Assembly (NCBI GenBank): GCA_963668315.1
Contig: OY764216.1
Span: 4,480,001-4,544,000 of the forward strand
DNA: 64,000 bases
From: Spirochaetia bacterium
Lineage (GTDB): Bacteria; Spirochaetota; Spirochaetia; DSM-2461
Direction: 5' to 3'
A program made the position numbers and the translations under genes. This document shows, one piece after another, positions 30,551 to 40,128 of this stretch (position 1 is the stretch's first letter; each line of letters opens with the position of its first letter). The notes under the pieces were generated by a model. It was not told where the DNA came from and searched no databases. It saw nothing but the letters and a program-made list of their open reading frames with translations.

Positions 30551-30925
30551 TCAGTCCTCGTCCGGAAGCATCAGTGTAATAACAGGTTCGGGTGTGTCTC
30601 CGGGTCCGATGACTGCTTTAAGATTTACCTCTTCTGCTTCCCTTTCAGGATTCATGAGGTAAAGGCAGCTGTAATAAATGGTATCACCCTCAGCCTTTCT
30701 TGCATGGAAAGTGAAGAGGAAGAGAGTATCCCATAATCGACCATCCAGAGACTGACCACACTCTTCAAGTTTGGATGACGGTTTGATGTATCCATTATAC
30801 AAGGTATCTGTGATGGCAACGGGATACTTGATACCCGCATCCCTTGCCATGGACGTGACATCGATAAGGATACCGTCAGAGATTGCATCTTTACTGGTAT
30901 AGGAATAGATAATGCTATCAGACAT
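30551..30925 (-). CDS. DUF6573-like mobile-element protein
   Basis: YSYT..AI.DG.LIDV, GQS..GRLWD.L and GPGD..EPVIT.MLP.ED. Confidence 0.7.
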   Translation of the reverse strand: MSDSIIYSYTSKDAISDGILIDVTSMARDAGIKYPVAITDTLYNGYIKPSSKLEECGQSLDGRLWDTLFLFTFHARKAEGDTIYYSCLYLMNPEREAEEVNLKAVIGPGDTPEPVITLMLPDED

Positions 30926-31289
30926 GGAAAGGGACCTCCTGGTTTGAAGGAGTGGCCTTAGTCTTTGGTCTGAACTCGATATGCTCAGCGACTATAACGA
31001 TCTTCGAGCGACTATGACCGTCCTGTTCCCAACGGTTCTGTTTAAGACGACCTACAACTCGGATTCCTCGACCCTTCTCGAGATACTTCTCACAGATTTC
31101 GGCCTGTTTCCCCCAGGATTCAATATCGAAGTATGAGACTTCATCATTGTAATCATCGGTGTTTTCCTGTTTGTACTGACGATTGCTGGCAACGGTGAAA
31201 TGGCAAAGGGCTGTTCCCTTTGTTGTGTACTGTGTTTCCGGGTCTCTCGTAAGATTTCCTTCGAGAATGATGCTGTTAAGACTGTTCAT
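30918..31289 (-). CDS. ssb: single-stranded DNA-binding protein
   Basis: LNSIILEGNLTRDPE, WG..AE...YL.KG and V.GRL; AGGAG RBS before MNSLN. Confidence 0.93.
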   Translation of the reverse strand: MNSLNSIILEGNLTRDPETQYTTKGTALCHFTVASNRQYKQENTDDYNDEVSYFDIESWGKQAEICEKYLEKGRGIRVVGRLKQNRWEQDGHSRSKIVIVAEHIEFRPKTKATPSNQEVPFHV

Positions 31290-31353
31290 ATAATATCTCC
31301 TTTTATTTATGCAATCAGTAGTTTGATGACCGTGCATACGACGGATTTTGGTG

Positions 31354-31905
31354 TCAATCTTCCTCTTTAAAGTAAAGTTCCTGTTCCCCTAAGATAATCT
31401 GAGAACCGGGGATGATTTCGCCTTGTTTGGTCAGAAGGTCCTTGAGATAGGATTTGGATATCTCCTTCTTGATGATGACAGCATCCGGGTGATTGGCTTC
31501 ACAGAAACTGAGAGCTAAGTCTGAATCAGAAATATCGATCCGATCCGGTTTCTTCTTAAGCTGGATGGCAACTCCGGGAAGATGAATCGTCTTCGAACGG
31601 GAGAGTTTGGATACTTCTGCTTCAATGAAGGGTTTGATAAGAGCTTTCAGATAAGAGGAAGATTCGGTTTCCTTCTTGATGGCCTTCTGGAACCAGGAAT
31701 CGATGCGTTTCTTATATTCCTGGGCGAGTTCTGAATAATGGGTAATACGGGATTCTGCATCCAGGATTTTCTTGGCAGCCCAGACGGCTTTATCTTCTGA
31801 ATCAATGGAGAATGACTCATTTTCGCTATCCGGATTCGGGGTGATAATATCTTCCAGATTGGGGATAGGTTCTAATTCTAATTGTTTCGTTTCAGATGAT
31901 GACAT
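31354..31905 (-). CDS. Mu Gam-like host-nuclease inhibitor
   Basis: F.ID....A.WA..K coiled coil; KTI.LP.G....KK; I.KEI.K. Confidence 0.7.
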   Translation of the reverse strand: MSSSETKQLELEPIPNLEDIITPNPDSENESFSIDSEDKAVWAAKKILDAESRITHYSELAQEYKKRIDSWFQKAIKKETESSSYLKALIKPFIEAEVSKLSRSKTIHLPGVAIQLKKKPDRIDISDSDLALSFCEANHPDAVIIKKEISKSYLKDLLTKQGEIIPGSQIILGEQELYFKEED

Positions 31906-31993
31906 ACTGATTCCTCCTTGTATTGATTAAGTAGGAGAAAGAACGCCTCTTATGAAATATGAATAGCAGGAAATAACCGGACTTTTATACGTT

Positions 31994-32037
31994 GTGAGTA
32001 GCAGTGAGTATTATATGTGTACTACCCCTATGTTGAC
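31994..32037 (-). promoter_or_regulatory. conserved 44-bp promoter/operator box, copy 1
   Basis: 38/44 identical to 37316-37359; contains a GAGTA pair and a minus-strand TATAAT. Confidence 0.7.
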
Positions 32038-32112
32038 TTCTTTTCATATATAGGGAGTTCTTAACCATTTATTCGATATACAATCAGGGCATAACGGTTT
32101 ATTCTTTGTACT

Positions 32113-33042
32113 ATGAAAACCAATGGATTATTTGCCGAAGGGAAGGGTCTTTTCGAAAAAGAGAGCAACGAAGAAAAAGTACAACAATTTTTCAAAGAGA
32201 GACTCAAAGAACCCAAGCTTCTTCCCTCATCTGAGGAAATTGCAAAGAGACTAATTAAAATAGGAGATAGCAGAAGAAGGAGAATGGATTTCCTGGAAGA
32301 GCAAATAGCAATTCATAGGAATTATATAAATGCGTGGTCGGTGCATATAAAAGAAGTGGAAGAAAAGTATAAAGAGAATCCTCTTCATCCCTACTTCAAT
32401 GATGCAGATCCCAAAGAAGCTCTAGAGAGAATGCATGATCATCTCCGGGATGTAGAGAATATCTTGAAAACCCTGACAGATAATTATGAAGGATTCTTTC
32501 CCTTTCCCAAACCTAATAAAATATTATCAGGAAGTAGTAATCCTGAAGTGATTGAAGAATTAATTGCGACTTGGGATAATCCGGATGAACCGAAAATACA
32601 ATCGGAAGAAACCCTGGATAAATATATAGAGCGAAGATTCTGTTTTGATACAAGTAAGGTAAGCAAAACTGGTGATTACATCATCTGGCTTGGATCATTA
32701 GAAGAATTGATAATTTGGATGGCACTACTGAAAGAAAATAACATAATTCTAATAGGAAGTGGTAAAATCATTGGAAGTAAAAAACGCATTGGCCTCCCCT
32801 CCTTTGTAGAAAACCATTTTCTTCTTTTCGAGGATAGTCTGAAATATATAAATATTGATAGCTATTATTCTACCGGGACCAAAATATTAGATAATAAGAA
32901 GAAAGAAATTCCAAAAGAAAAAATCAGTGTTGGCGATAAAAGTTTGGATATTATTGGTCTCAATATAAAGCCATATTATATGAAGTTCTACACTCCAATT
33001 TTCAACAGTCTAAAAAGGATCATGAGAGCCAAACTAAACTGA
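32113..33042 (+). CDS. hypothetical protein with RteC-like C-terminal motif
   Basis: IIWLGSLEELIIWMALLKENNII. Confidence 0.5.
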   Translation: MKTNGLFAEGKGLFEKESNEEKVQQFFKERLKEPKLLPSSEEIAKRLIKIGDSRRRRMDFLEEQIAIHRNYINAWSVHIKEVEEKYKENPLHPYFNDADPKEALERMHDHLRDVENILKTLTDNYEGFFPFPKPNKILSGSSNPEVIEELIATWDNPDEPKIQSEETLDKYIERRFCFDTSKVSKTGDYIIWLGSLEELIIWMALLKENNIILIGSGKIIGSKKRIGLPSFVENHFLLFEDSLKYINIDSYYSTGTKILDNKKKEIPKEKISVGDKSLDIIGLNIKPYYMKFYTPIFNSLKRIMRAKLN

Positions 33043-33112
33043 ACTAAACCGGCAAAATGGCCAAAATAGATAAGTCGATTTATCTTCTTAAATATAATTA
33101 AAGGAGGATAAA

Positions 33113-33829
33113 GTGAGCTTTATCAATGACAGAAAAGCATTGTCGAAAGAAATCGTCGGTCAAGGAAAAGAGTTGGATCTCAGTGAAGCAGCTATCAAGG
33201 AGAATCCAAAGAAAGTATTGGAGACTCTGATGCCTATTCTGGTTTCTCTTTTTCAGAGTCAGATGGCAACTGCATGGTTTTCAATAATGAGAATCATAGA
33301 GCAAATTGTGGGAAGCCCGGAACTTCTCTTTCTCTCGGGATATGTCTCTGAAAAGGATTTCTTGACAAGAGGAATAGAGGAACTCGGTGGCTCTCAAGAG
33401 GATATTAAAGAGGCGAATGAGCGCTATTGCCTTTATAAGAATAACCAATGTGCCTTTCATACTCACGGGCTATGTCCTAACGATCCAGAGAGTGTAATCT
33501 ATAAACCAGGAATGTATGAGAAGCTAGGCCTCTTTGATATTGCCACGAAGGTGAAAAGAAGAGAACTGGGTCGGGATTATAGCGAGTTTGATGTCTTCAA
33601 CCACTTAATTAATGATGATCTGAGAGCGTTCCAGGATTACATTAACCCTGCGTTCAGAGATCAAGTCCGGATGAGGAACCAGATAAAGAGACTATCCAGC
33701 AATATAAGGGAAAAGGCTAAGGGGGCAGAACAGGTACACCTTATCAGTCTTCCATCCCATGATCCGGTATTGATCAGTAAAGTCCGAAATATCATTAACG
33801 AAGTTCAAAAGGAGGCTATCCATGGATGA
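33113..33829 (+). CDS. hypothetical protein
   Basis: AGGAGG RBS plus GTG; 238-aa ORF coupled to the next gene. Confidence 0.7.
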   Translation: MSFINDRKALSKEIVGQGKELDLSEAAIKENPKKVLETLMPILVSLFQSQMATAWFSIMRIIEQIVGSPELLFLSGYVSEKDFLTRGIEELGGSQEDIKEANERYCLYKNNQCAFHTHGLCPNDPESVIYKPGMYEKLGLFDIATKVKRRELGRDYSEFDVFNHLINDDLRAFQDYINPAFRDQVRMRNQIKRLSSNIREKAKGAEQVHLISLPSHDPVLISKVRNIINEVQKEAIHG

Positions 33830-34568
33830 GACACAAGTCGCGCTTATGAAAAGACAGTATATTTACGATATACTGGATGGCTGTAAAAAGACAACCCAGG
33901 TCCTTCTGGACGATCACTTGAACCGGATACGTACAGTATTTGATCCAAAGAGTCTAATCTTAATCGTTTTGACTGTATACCTCCTGAAGGAGAACTGGCC
34001 ATTACTTATGTCAACTGCTGGATTTGATGACTTCTTTGATTTCCTGGAAGTAAAAATCGGAATCGGTTACCACCGAGCGAAGAAATTCCTCCGGTTTGGA
34101 CAAATCCTTGAAAGGCGAAGATATCTTTTTGAAAAAATCGATATTGAAAAGATAAAAAGTCTTTATATGCTCGATTACCTGGAAATAGCTCTTGGGAATC
34201 ACCCGGAAAAATATGTGATTGATGCCCTCCAGACTATGGGGGTTAAAGAATTCAAAATGTTCGCACACCGTCGACCTCTTAGTGCGGATAAGTCTCTAGT
34301 AAAGCATATAACGCCAAAGAGGAAACATGTAACCGTCGAAAATTATGTGGATTGTTCTCGATATAAAGATATCATGACCGGTTCCTTTCATCTTGATAAC
34401 GAGATATTAACAGTAGGAACGAGTCGAACGTCTGAGTGGGAAGCAATAATAAGAAAGCTTCAGGAAGAAGGGATTCAGTACAGAGTTTACGAAGGTGGAA
34501 CAAAATACGCTTCGATTATGGTGGATGATACCAATCTCACATTATCTGAGCCAACTCTTTCTCTCTAG
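33822..34568 (+). CDS. hypothetical protein, possible partition-type helical DNA-binding domain
   Basis: AGGAGG RBS; GFDDFFDFLE..IGIGYHRAKKFLRFG. Confidence 0.65.
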   Translation: MDETQVALMKRQYIYDILDGCKKTTQVLLDDHLNRIRTVFDPKSLILIVLTVYLLKENWPLLMSTAGFDDFFDFLEVKIGIGYHRAKKFLRFGQILERRRYLFEKIDIEKIKSLYMLDYLEIALGNHPEKYVIDALQTMGVKEFKMFAHRRPLSADKSLVKHITPKRKHVTVENYVDCSRYKDIMTGSFHLDNEILTVGTSRTSEWEAIIRKLQEEGIQYRVYEGGTKYASIMVDDTNLTLSEPTLSL

Positions 34569-34576
34569 TCTGAAAC

Positions 34577-34616
34577 AAGGGGAAAGGATTAGACTTAACC
34601 CTAGTCCTTTCCCTTT
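34577..34616 (+). terminator. intrinsic terminator
   Basis: GGGAAAGGATTAG...CTAGTCCTTTCCC followed by TTT. Confidence 0.65.
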
Positions 34617-34648
34617 GATTAATCCTCAACAGATTCTATAATGCCTCT

Positions 34649-35428
34649 ATGATTCAAGTAACAAATACAGAAAACCTTACAGGTGTTACGATATCCGGAG
34701 ACTGGTATGATCTAGAGAGTCTTGTTCAAGCACTCCATGAAGTTAGTATCAGTGATATGGAAGAAGTGGATAGATTTTGTGAGCCCTATCTAAATATATC
34801 TCTCCGGGTATTAGGCATGTGTTATGATATCCGGCATGCGTCTCAAGGAGATCATGAAATCACGACTAAAGATAATGGGATAGCAGATTTCCATCAGAAG
34901 AAGGTGGGACGAATTATTCCGAGAGAGAACGTGTACTACTCATGCAATGTTTTGTATCCCGAGATGATTGCCATGACAATTGCCCTTAATGAGCTGATTC
35001 AATTAAGGATGAGTAAGCTTGTGAAGGAGAAGTATAAGTTCGATGCCCATCTTGATAAGTCGGTTATCTGGGATAAATCGACTGCCATAATTAGAACGTT
35101 CCAGGCAGCGTTTCAAGATACTGTAGCTGAAGTTCTGAGTCCTTCATCCTTTACCAGGTGGAAGAATCTTGTCATAGATAAGTATATTGATATTCATGAG
35201 ATTACGGCTCCGTTCTTAGACTCCTGGAATCTCAAGTATCTTGGGATGACTCGGGAGGAAAGGGAGAAGAAGTTACTGACAGTGACGAAACGGCTGGTCG
35301 AGTACAAGAGAGATAAAGAGGATCAAGGCTTTAGAAGTGCCATCGATGAAATGATGCTCTCCAGTGGATGTGAGGAATCAGATATCGGATTCGATGGCTT
35401 AGAGTATCCAGAAGAAATTGAATGGTGA
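34649..35428 (+). CDS. DUF6904-like protein
   Basis: NT.NLTGV.ISGD..D...L..ALH and RVLGMCYDIRHA.QGD. Confidence 0.6.
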   Translation: MIQVTNTENLTGVTISGDWYDLESLVQALHEVSISDMEEVDRFCEPYLNISLRVLGMCYDIRHASQGDHEITTKDNGIADFHQKKVGRIIPRENVYYSCNVLYPEMIAMTIALNELIQLRMSKLVKEKYKFDAHLDKSVIWDKSTAIIRTFQAAFQDTVAEVLSPSSFTRWKNLVIDKYIDIHEITAPFLDSWNLKYLGMTREEREKKLLTVTKRLVEYKRDKEDQGFRSAIDEMMLSSGCEESDIGFDGLEYPEEIEW

Positions 35429-35432
35429 TTCT

Positions 35433-36380
35433 TTAGAAGATAGGAACATCCTCCTGACGTTTGGAATTAGATGATAAGGAAGGTTTGGACAAAGGGGGTG
35501 TGGTGCGTTCCTTCTGTTTTGAGTGGTTCTCCATTCTCTTAAGCGGCTGAATGATTGACTTCGTCTTTATGACTTTCTCTATGTGATCTTCCATCTTTTG
35601 AAGGTTTTCTTCGGTTGAATCGTTAGTAATCTGATTCTGTATCCAGGATAGATGATTCTCTGTGAAGTATTGGCTATTGGTGTTGAGTTTAGCAATGAGA
35701 AGATCTGCTCTCGTTGGTGCGGGATTAGGAGTAGAAGCTTTTTCATTTGTCCGTGATGAAGAAGTGTCTTCTGTTATGGATGTATCTTCCCTGGTAATCT
35801 GTGATTGAGTTTGCATATCAGAAGGAAGGACTGTCATTTCTTCCGGGAGCTCGTCTGAGGTATAGGGAATGCCCCCTAACTCGTCTGGGAAAGCCAGACG
35901 GAAGGCCTGGCTTATGCATACCTTGCGGAGTTGAAAGCGGGGCATACGTTTCCAGAATTGGGTAAGGGAGCCATCCTTCTTCTTTTGGACTGCTTCCTTC
36001 CAGAAAACTTCATGGCGGAAGGGGTGCGTCCAGTCCTTTCTGAAGATCTCTGTGACAGCTTTGAAGGTGTCTTCCGTATCTCCTTCTGTCCAAGAGTGCC
36101 AGCCGTCAAGCATACCTGTGCGCTCGGCTCGTTTAAGATAGACTTCATAACCGGTGATGATAGAGAGCTTACGATAAGGGGGTTCTCCATAAGGGACTGC
36201 ATAGATCTCTCTTTTGAAGGGATTGAGCTGGTAGGCTTCTGCAATCTCTATGAACTGGGATTTCTCCAGATCATTGAGTTCATTGGTAAGGCCGAAGGTA
36301 TCCAGATATTTGATGATCTGGGTTCTGTTGACCTCCGGGAAGGATGTTTCCTGGGTGGTCTGGATGGATTGTGTATTCAT
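35433..36380 (-). CDS. bet: phage recombination protein Bet/RecT (single-strand annealing)
   Basis: LNPFKREIY.V.Y, IITGYE.Y...A.R, W..MP..QL.K and QA.R.AFP...G.Y..DE. Confidence 0.88.
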   Translation of the reverse strand: MNTQSIQTTQETSFPEVNRTQIIKYLDTFGLTNELNDLEKSQFIEIAEAYQLNPFKREIYAVPYGEPPYRKLSIITGYEVYLKRAERTGMLDGWHSWTEGDTEDTFKAVTEIFRKDWTHPFRHEVFWKEAVQKKKDGSLTQFWKRMPRFQLRKVCISQAFRLAFPDELGGIPYTSDELPEEMTVLPSDMQTQSQITREDTSITEDTSSSRTNEKASTPNPAPTRADLLIAKLNTNSQYFTENHLSWIQNQITNDSTEENLQKMEDHIEKVIKTKSIIQPLKRMENHSKQKERTTPPLSKPSLSSNSKRQEDVPIF

Positions 36381-37023
36381 ATGACTTCTTCCTCATATCT
36401 TTGAGATAATGAGTAAGTAGTCTGAAGGATAATAAGGATGAAGATGAATAGAGGCTGGACAGGTATGTCTTAGCTGCAGAGTGGAGAGTGATGAAAGAGT
36501 TGAAGGGCGAACGTTATAGTCGGCCTATCTAGCTCTAGTGAGCTGAGTCTGGAAAGCAGATTAACAGAGGGATATGGGAATATTTCCCATGTGTAATCCT
36601 CTTCTTAATTGATTTATAGCCTGACTGACGGTAAGTCTGTCCTGCGTTGATCTGCGTACAGGGATAGTATGATGGTGTGAGCCTTCGGGTGTGAAGGGCG
36701 TTTACTATCTGACTGATAGAAATGGGGTGGGATGAGTTATCCTTGAAAGTGGATCACTCCTCTATTGGTAATCATGAAGACCTGACCATCCGAAGGAGAG
36801 GCCTGTGGATGGTTATAGTGGAGTTAATGACTAAATCGATACCACCTTCCTAAGGGAGTCCCCTGTAGTTCGAAGTAAGGATTTTAATGATTGAAGTGAT
36901 GGATTGGATTTTATGAAGGATCTCATTTGGATGAAGGGTCTCTGGTCAATACATATAGAGTCTATGACTATAAGATTATCATAGGCATAGAATCAACCTC
37001 CGCTACTGAATAGTACCTTTTAC

Positions 37024-37359
37024 GAGTAAAGTGTCTTACATGAAGTAGTGAGAGTAGCAGAGAGTATAGAATCTGTAACAGAGAGTAAACAATGAGTAGG
37101 AGGGGTCTCTACTTTACTGGTCTCTACTTTAACGATTTATGAGTATATGTAACAGAGAGTACGGTGAGAGTAAACAATGAGTAGACCTCTCTACTTAATT
37201 TCATTCTTGAAGACCTTCTACAGTGAGAGTACAAATGAGTACAAGGATCGTTTCGTCGGGTTAATTAGTAAGGAAACATACGTTAGGTTGAGGGAAATAG
37301 CTAGATTTTGATCCAGTGAGTACCAGAGAGTAATATATGTGTACAGGCCCTATGTTGAC
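37024..37359. repeat. GAGTA direct-repeat array with 10-11 bp phasing
   Basis: 13 GAGTA copies at 37024, 37052, 37062, 37083, 37094, 37141, 37157, 37168, 37179, 37227, 37237, 37318 and 37328; GAGAGTAAACAATGAGTAG occurs twice. Confidence 0.85.
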
Positions 37360-37414
37360 ACCTTTCGCTGGTATTGTAGCTCAGAAATGCCCCTTATGCG
37401 GGGCTGATCTTCTG

Positions 37415-37930
37415 TTATTCGGTAATACGTCTGGGAATAGATCCCGTGTAAGTATTACTGTTTATCGTTAGTTCCTCAACGAGGAAGAAGTAGAGTGTTT
37501 TTCCCGTATTCAGGGTATGGGATACAAACTCCCCCTTTAGGGAGACATTCTTGGGAGCTGTATAGTATTGATTGTTGAGGTCCATACAATACTTCTTTCC
37601 CTCTGGGGTATTGGGTTGAAAGGCAAAGTAGAAGGAATAACTGTACATATTATAGGACTGTAAAATGCTGAATGTCATGGGATCTCTGAACCAGGCATTA
37701 CATTTGTAAAAACCTGTAGACTGAGCCTTGGTTCCGAACTCATAGTAGACGAAGTTGTCTATCTGGACTGTCTTGCCATCGTATTTGGCAACATCAAAGA
37801 TAAACTCATTCAGGATATCATCCTGATTCTTGTTGGTGCCGTCGATGATGATATCCTGAGCGGCTATGGCAAGATTCTGTACCACTAGAATGGTGGTAGC
37901 CAGTAAGGTTAATTTGAAGGTCCTTTTCAT
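37415..37930 (-). CDS. exported hypothetical protein
   Basis: AGGAG RBS; N-terminal signal peptide. Confidence 0.7.
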   Translation of the reverse strand: MKRTFKLTLLATTILVVQNLAIAAQDIIIDGTNKNQDDILNEFIFDVAKYDGKTVQIDNFVYYEFGTKAQSTGFYKCNAWFRDPMTFSILQSYNMYSYSFYFAFQPNTPEGKKYCMDLNNQYYTAPKNVSLKGEFVSHTLNTGKTLYFFLVEELTINSNTYTGSIPRRITE

Positions 37931-37996
37931 AATATAATTCTCCTATTCCTTGATTGATATTCATTAAGTAGTAACTGAGGCATTACGGGTGAAGCA

Positions 37997-38977
37997 TTAG
38001 TTAATTCTGTATAGTTCTGAATACCAGTCGCCCCATTCTTGAAGTCCTGGATTATTAATCTTACGTGCTTCTTCAATAAGATCCTTGGATGTGAAACTTG
38101 AGAAAACTGAATCATCTACAAGTAGTTCCCGATAACGGTTCATAGTATCTGTAAGGTGGGGATTATCATGGTGATAGACAACAGAGAAATGGACCGTTGT
38201 GTAATCGCCCTTATCTTGAAGGGCCTGTCCCATAAGCTGATTTCTCCAGAGTTGATTCTCCCCTCCGAGGAAGGGACACTCATTTCTTGATGAAAAAGCT
38301 TCCTCATTAAAGAGGGTGGCGTTTGTAAGAGACCAGTATTTATAGTCACATTTATACTGGTAGTAACATTTATCAGGATCTTTTGGGAGAGCCGATGATC
38401 GGCACCATTCCTTATGAGTGTTTCCTGAAGAACGATATCCTCCACAGGTAGAAAACTCTTTCTCCGTGAGTTTATGTTCTATGAGCCAGAGGCACAGATC
38501 ATCATTCTGATTATAATAGGCTATAGCAATATCTGAATCGGTGCCGGCAGCAGGTGTATGATCATTAAGAGGATTGGTCTCATCCCAGAACTCGAACTGG
38601 AATCCCTTTTCTAAATGATCTGTAGCAAGGCGTTTGAAATCCTTCTTTATAATGGGAAATATGGCATTGGCAATCTCTTCATGTTCAAGGAGTGGGGTAA
38701 AAAGATTGATACATGCGGCCTGACTGCTTGCTAAATGAACGCCTAGTAGCTTATGGGGTTTAAAGGAGTGTTCCTGGAACACCTTTTCTACAATCTGTCT
38801 GTAGAGAGGGTAATAGTCATTCTGCAGTCCTTCGGGAAGGATAGCATCATAAGCCTTTCCATGATAGCTACCAGGCTCTTTCGTAATATACTTGTGTTTC
38901 CATTCTATCAGATGTACATAGAAACTTTCCTGATAGGGAGATAATCCTGACGGAAGTTTATAACTTTCCTGAGTCAT
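37997..38977 (-). CDS. PGN_0703-family putative restriction endonuclease
   Basis: HLASSQAACINL, TDSD, IEHKLTE and QLWRN. Confidence 0.72.
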   Translation of the reverse strand: MTQESYKLPSGLSPYQESFYVHLIEWKHKYITKEPGSYHGKAYDAILPEGLQNDYYPLYRQIVEKVFQEHSFKPHKLLGVHLASSQAACINLFTPLLEHEEIANAIFPIIKKDFKRLATDHLEKGFQFEFWDETNPLNDHTPAAGTDSDIAIAYYNQNDDLCLWLIEHKLTEKEFSTCGGYRSSGNTHKEWCRSSALPKDPDKCYYQYKCDYKYWSLTNATLFNEEAFSSRNECPFLGGENQLWRNQLMGQALQDKGDYTTVHFSVVYHHDNPHLTDTMNRYRELLVDDSVFSSFTSKDLIEEARKINNPGLQEWGDWYSELYRIN

Positions 38978-39004
38978 AAAGTAAACCTCTCTTCATACTT
39001 GCCT

Positions 39005-39062
39005 AATTGCTTCATATTTGAAGCAATTAAATATTATAGCAATCTGCTTCATATTTCAAGCA
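39005..39062. promoter_or_regulatory. tandem palindromic operators between the nuclease and XRE genes
   Basis: AATTGCTTCA-TATT-TGAAGCAATT (39005-39028) and TGCTTCATATTTCAAGCA (39045-39062). Confidence 0.75.
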
Positions 39063-39271
39063 TGGAGATCGGAAAGGCAATAAAAGCGATGAGAATTGAG
39101 AAAGGTATATCTCAGAACAAGTTGTCTATACTGACCGGATTTAATCGGGGGTATCTCTATAAACTGGAAAATGATCTTATCAGTCCCACTTTAGAAACAC
39201 TTGAGAAGCTTGCCCAGGTCTTTGAGGTTCCTGTCTCAGAGTTGATCATAAAAACAGAACAATTGAAATGA
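39062..39271 (+). CDS. XRE-family HTH regulator
   Basis: IGKAIKAMRIEKGISQNKLS...YLYKLEN...PTLETLEKLA. Confidence 0.9.
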   Translation: MEIGKAIKAMRIEKGISQNKLSILTGFNRGYLYKLENDLISPTLETLEKLAQVFEVPVSELIIKTEQLK

Positions 39272-39325
39272 ATATTCACAATACAAGAGCCAGTAAATCT
39301 TTCTGTGTAAGGTTCTATTCCTGAA

Positions 39326-39742
39326 TTATATCTCGCCGGTTTCCAGAAAAGAGTAATACTCTCTATCCTTGGTAATTATGATATGATCCAAGACAGGAAT
39401 ACTAAGAAGCTTCCCGGCTTCAACCAATTGGCCTGTAATCTCCCTATCTTCCCGGCTTGGTTCCGGATTACCGGAGGGATGATTATGACAAAGAATAAGG
39501 GCCGCAGCTCTATCCTGGATTGCCCCGACAAAAATCTCACGCGGGTGAATCAATGTGCGGTTCAGGATACCTATCGTGATAAGGCGAACATTCGTGACTT
39601 GATGCCCTCCATCTAGGCTGACAGCGATAAAAGCTTCCTGTTCATACTCTTGATAGCGTTTGAGAAGTGGTAATAGATCAGCTGGACACGTAACCTTGAC
39701 CAGCTCTTTTCTACTTCTTTCAGCTAAATATTGATATTTCAT
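39326..39742 (-). CDS. radC: RadC/JAB domain protein
   Basis: HPREIF, HNHPSG.PEPS.ED and LDHII. Confidence 0.92.
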   Translation of the reverse strand: MKYQYLAERSRKELVKVTCPADLLPLLKRYQEYEQEAFIAVSLDGGHQVTNVRLITIGILNRTLIHPREIFVGAIQDRAAALILCHNHPSGNPEPSREDREITGQLVEAGKLLSIPVLDHIIITKDREYYSFLETGEI

Positions 39743-39957
39743 CCCCTCTCCTCCTCTTCTTGAGTAAGTATTGAGAAGGAATCAATGATCTCCAAAGAAT
39801 CACGGCATAGTTTTATTATAAGCATACTAATGAAGTCCATTGTTTCATCAAGTAATGAACTCAGTTCAATACAGGATAGGAGATCAGCTAAAGAAAGAAT
39901 TGTTTTAATCTTCAGAATGAGTGCATCATATTTCTCCATAAATACCTTATCTACCAT
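39739..39957 (-). CDS. small hypothetical protein
   Basis: GAGGAG RBS; coupled to radC. Confidence 0.55.
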   Translation of the reverse strand: MVDKVFMEKYDALILKIKTILSLADLLSCIELSSLLDETMDFISMLIIKLCRDSLEIIDSFSILTQEEEERG

Positions 39958-40128
39958 AATTACTCCTCGAGAGAATAAGTAGTATAAGATAATAAACAGA
40001 GCAGTTGATTCAGGAGAGAATATCTGAGTGGAAACCTTTATCCATACTCAGATACTATTTCCTTCTACAAAGATTCTCTATGGGATTTTTGGGAATGTCG
40101 TCTCACAATATGATTTAGAAATTACCAT

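Noticed and set aside
37024..37359. CRISPR array
   Set aside because: Repeats are 5-19 bp and irregularly spaced, there are no uniform unique spacers, and no cas genes are in the window.
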